From positions 68,422 through 132,421 of the forward strand of contig JAYQQF010000009.1 in assembly GCA_038145705.1 (NCBI GenBank): 64,000 bases of DNA. Direction: 5' to 3'. The first letter of the stretch is position 1; each line of letters begins with the position of its first letter. Source of the DNA: Alphaproteobacteria bacterium (GTDB taxonomy: Bacteria > Pseudomonadota > Alphaproteobacteria > SMXQ01). A program made the position numbers and the translations under genes. Under the pieces are notes generated by a model, which was not told where the DNA came from, did no database searches, and saw nothing but the letters and a program-made list of their open reading frames with translations. Below are positions 63,870 to 64,000 of this stretch, one piece after another.

Positions 63870-64000
63870 CGGCGTCTTGTCATCGGATCGGCATTCTTCC
63901 AAACAGATCGACAGAGTACGGCGGCCGCAGGGAAGTAAAACTTGCCGTTCAAGGCATCTTACAACGAGCAGACGGTGACGGGGCGCGATGAAGGTCGGGA

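Noticed and set aside
1-64000. CRISPR arrays, tRNA/rRNA genes, transposases or integrases, and additional ops copies in the other intergenic gaps (43523-43669, 45714-45865, 54847-55013, 58768-58921)
   Set aside because: None was found on visual inspection of all intergenic regions. No short regular direct-repeat arrays, cloverleaf-compatible segments or DDE/tyrosine-recombinase-like ORFs are present in the window.

Overview
The window reads as a high-GC (about 65%) alphaproteobacterial chromosome segment. The first roughly 27 kb is a conserved housekeeping block: a partial C-N hydrolase, cysH-cysD-cysN, DUF1178, ubiG, lysC, a nitronate monooxygenase-family gene, ptsP, a RodZ-like gene, ispG, hisS, hemA, prfA-prmC, DUF4167, a gmhA-like SIS isomerase, clpB, fcl, galE and an M23 peptidase. 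From about 27.4 kb to the end of the window there is a long, almost entirely plus-strand glycan biosynthesis locus. It opens with an AT-rich regulatory region, a winged-helix/Rossmann regulator and a translationally coupled RfaH-like NusG paralog. An exact 12-nt ops element (GGCGGTAGCGTG) sits in the leader 36 bp before the first biosynthetic gene. The locus encodes a heptose-activation set (a domain-swapped HldE-like kinase/nucleotidyltransferase, GmhB, a GT9-like protein), a dTDP-3-amino-3,6-dideoxyhexose set (rmlB, rmlA, fdtA-like, fdtB-like) and two thiamine-diphosphate systems (a PDH-E1-like alpha/beta pair and a split transketolase). It also has several SDR epimerases/dehydratases, at least five SAM methyltransferases, GT2/GT4/GT61 glycosyltransferases, a Wzx-like flippase plus an MsbA-type ABC exporter, an ATP-grasp ligase, and two tandem paralogous radical-SAM proteins with a NeuD/PglD-like N-terminal domain. 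The distal half of the locus (about 40.7-63 kb) has clearly lower GC than the flanks, consistent with horizontal acquisition. I found no rRNA, tRNA, CRISPR array or transposase. All coordinates and boundaries are read from the supplied ORF track and sequence; no database searches were run.
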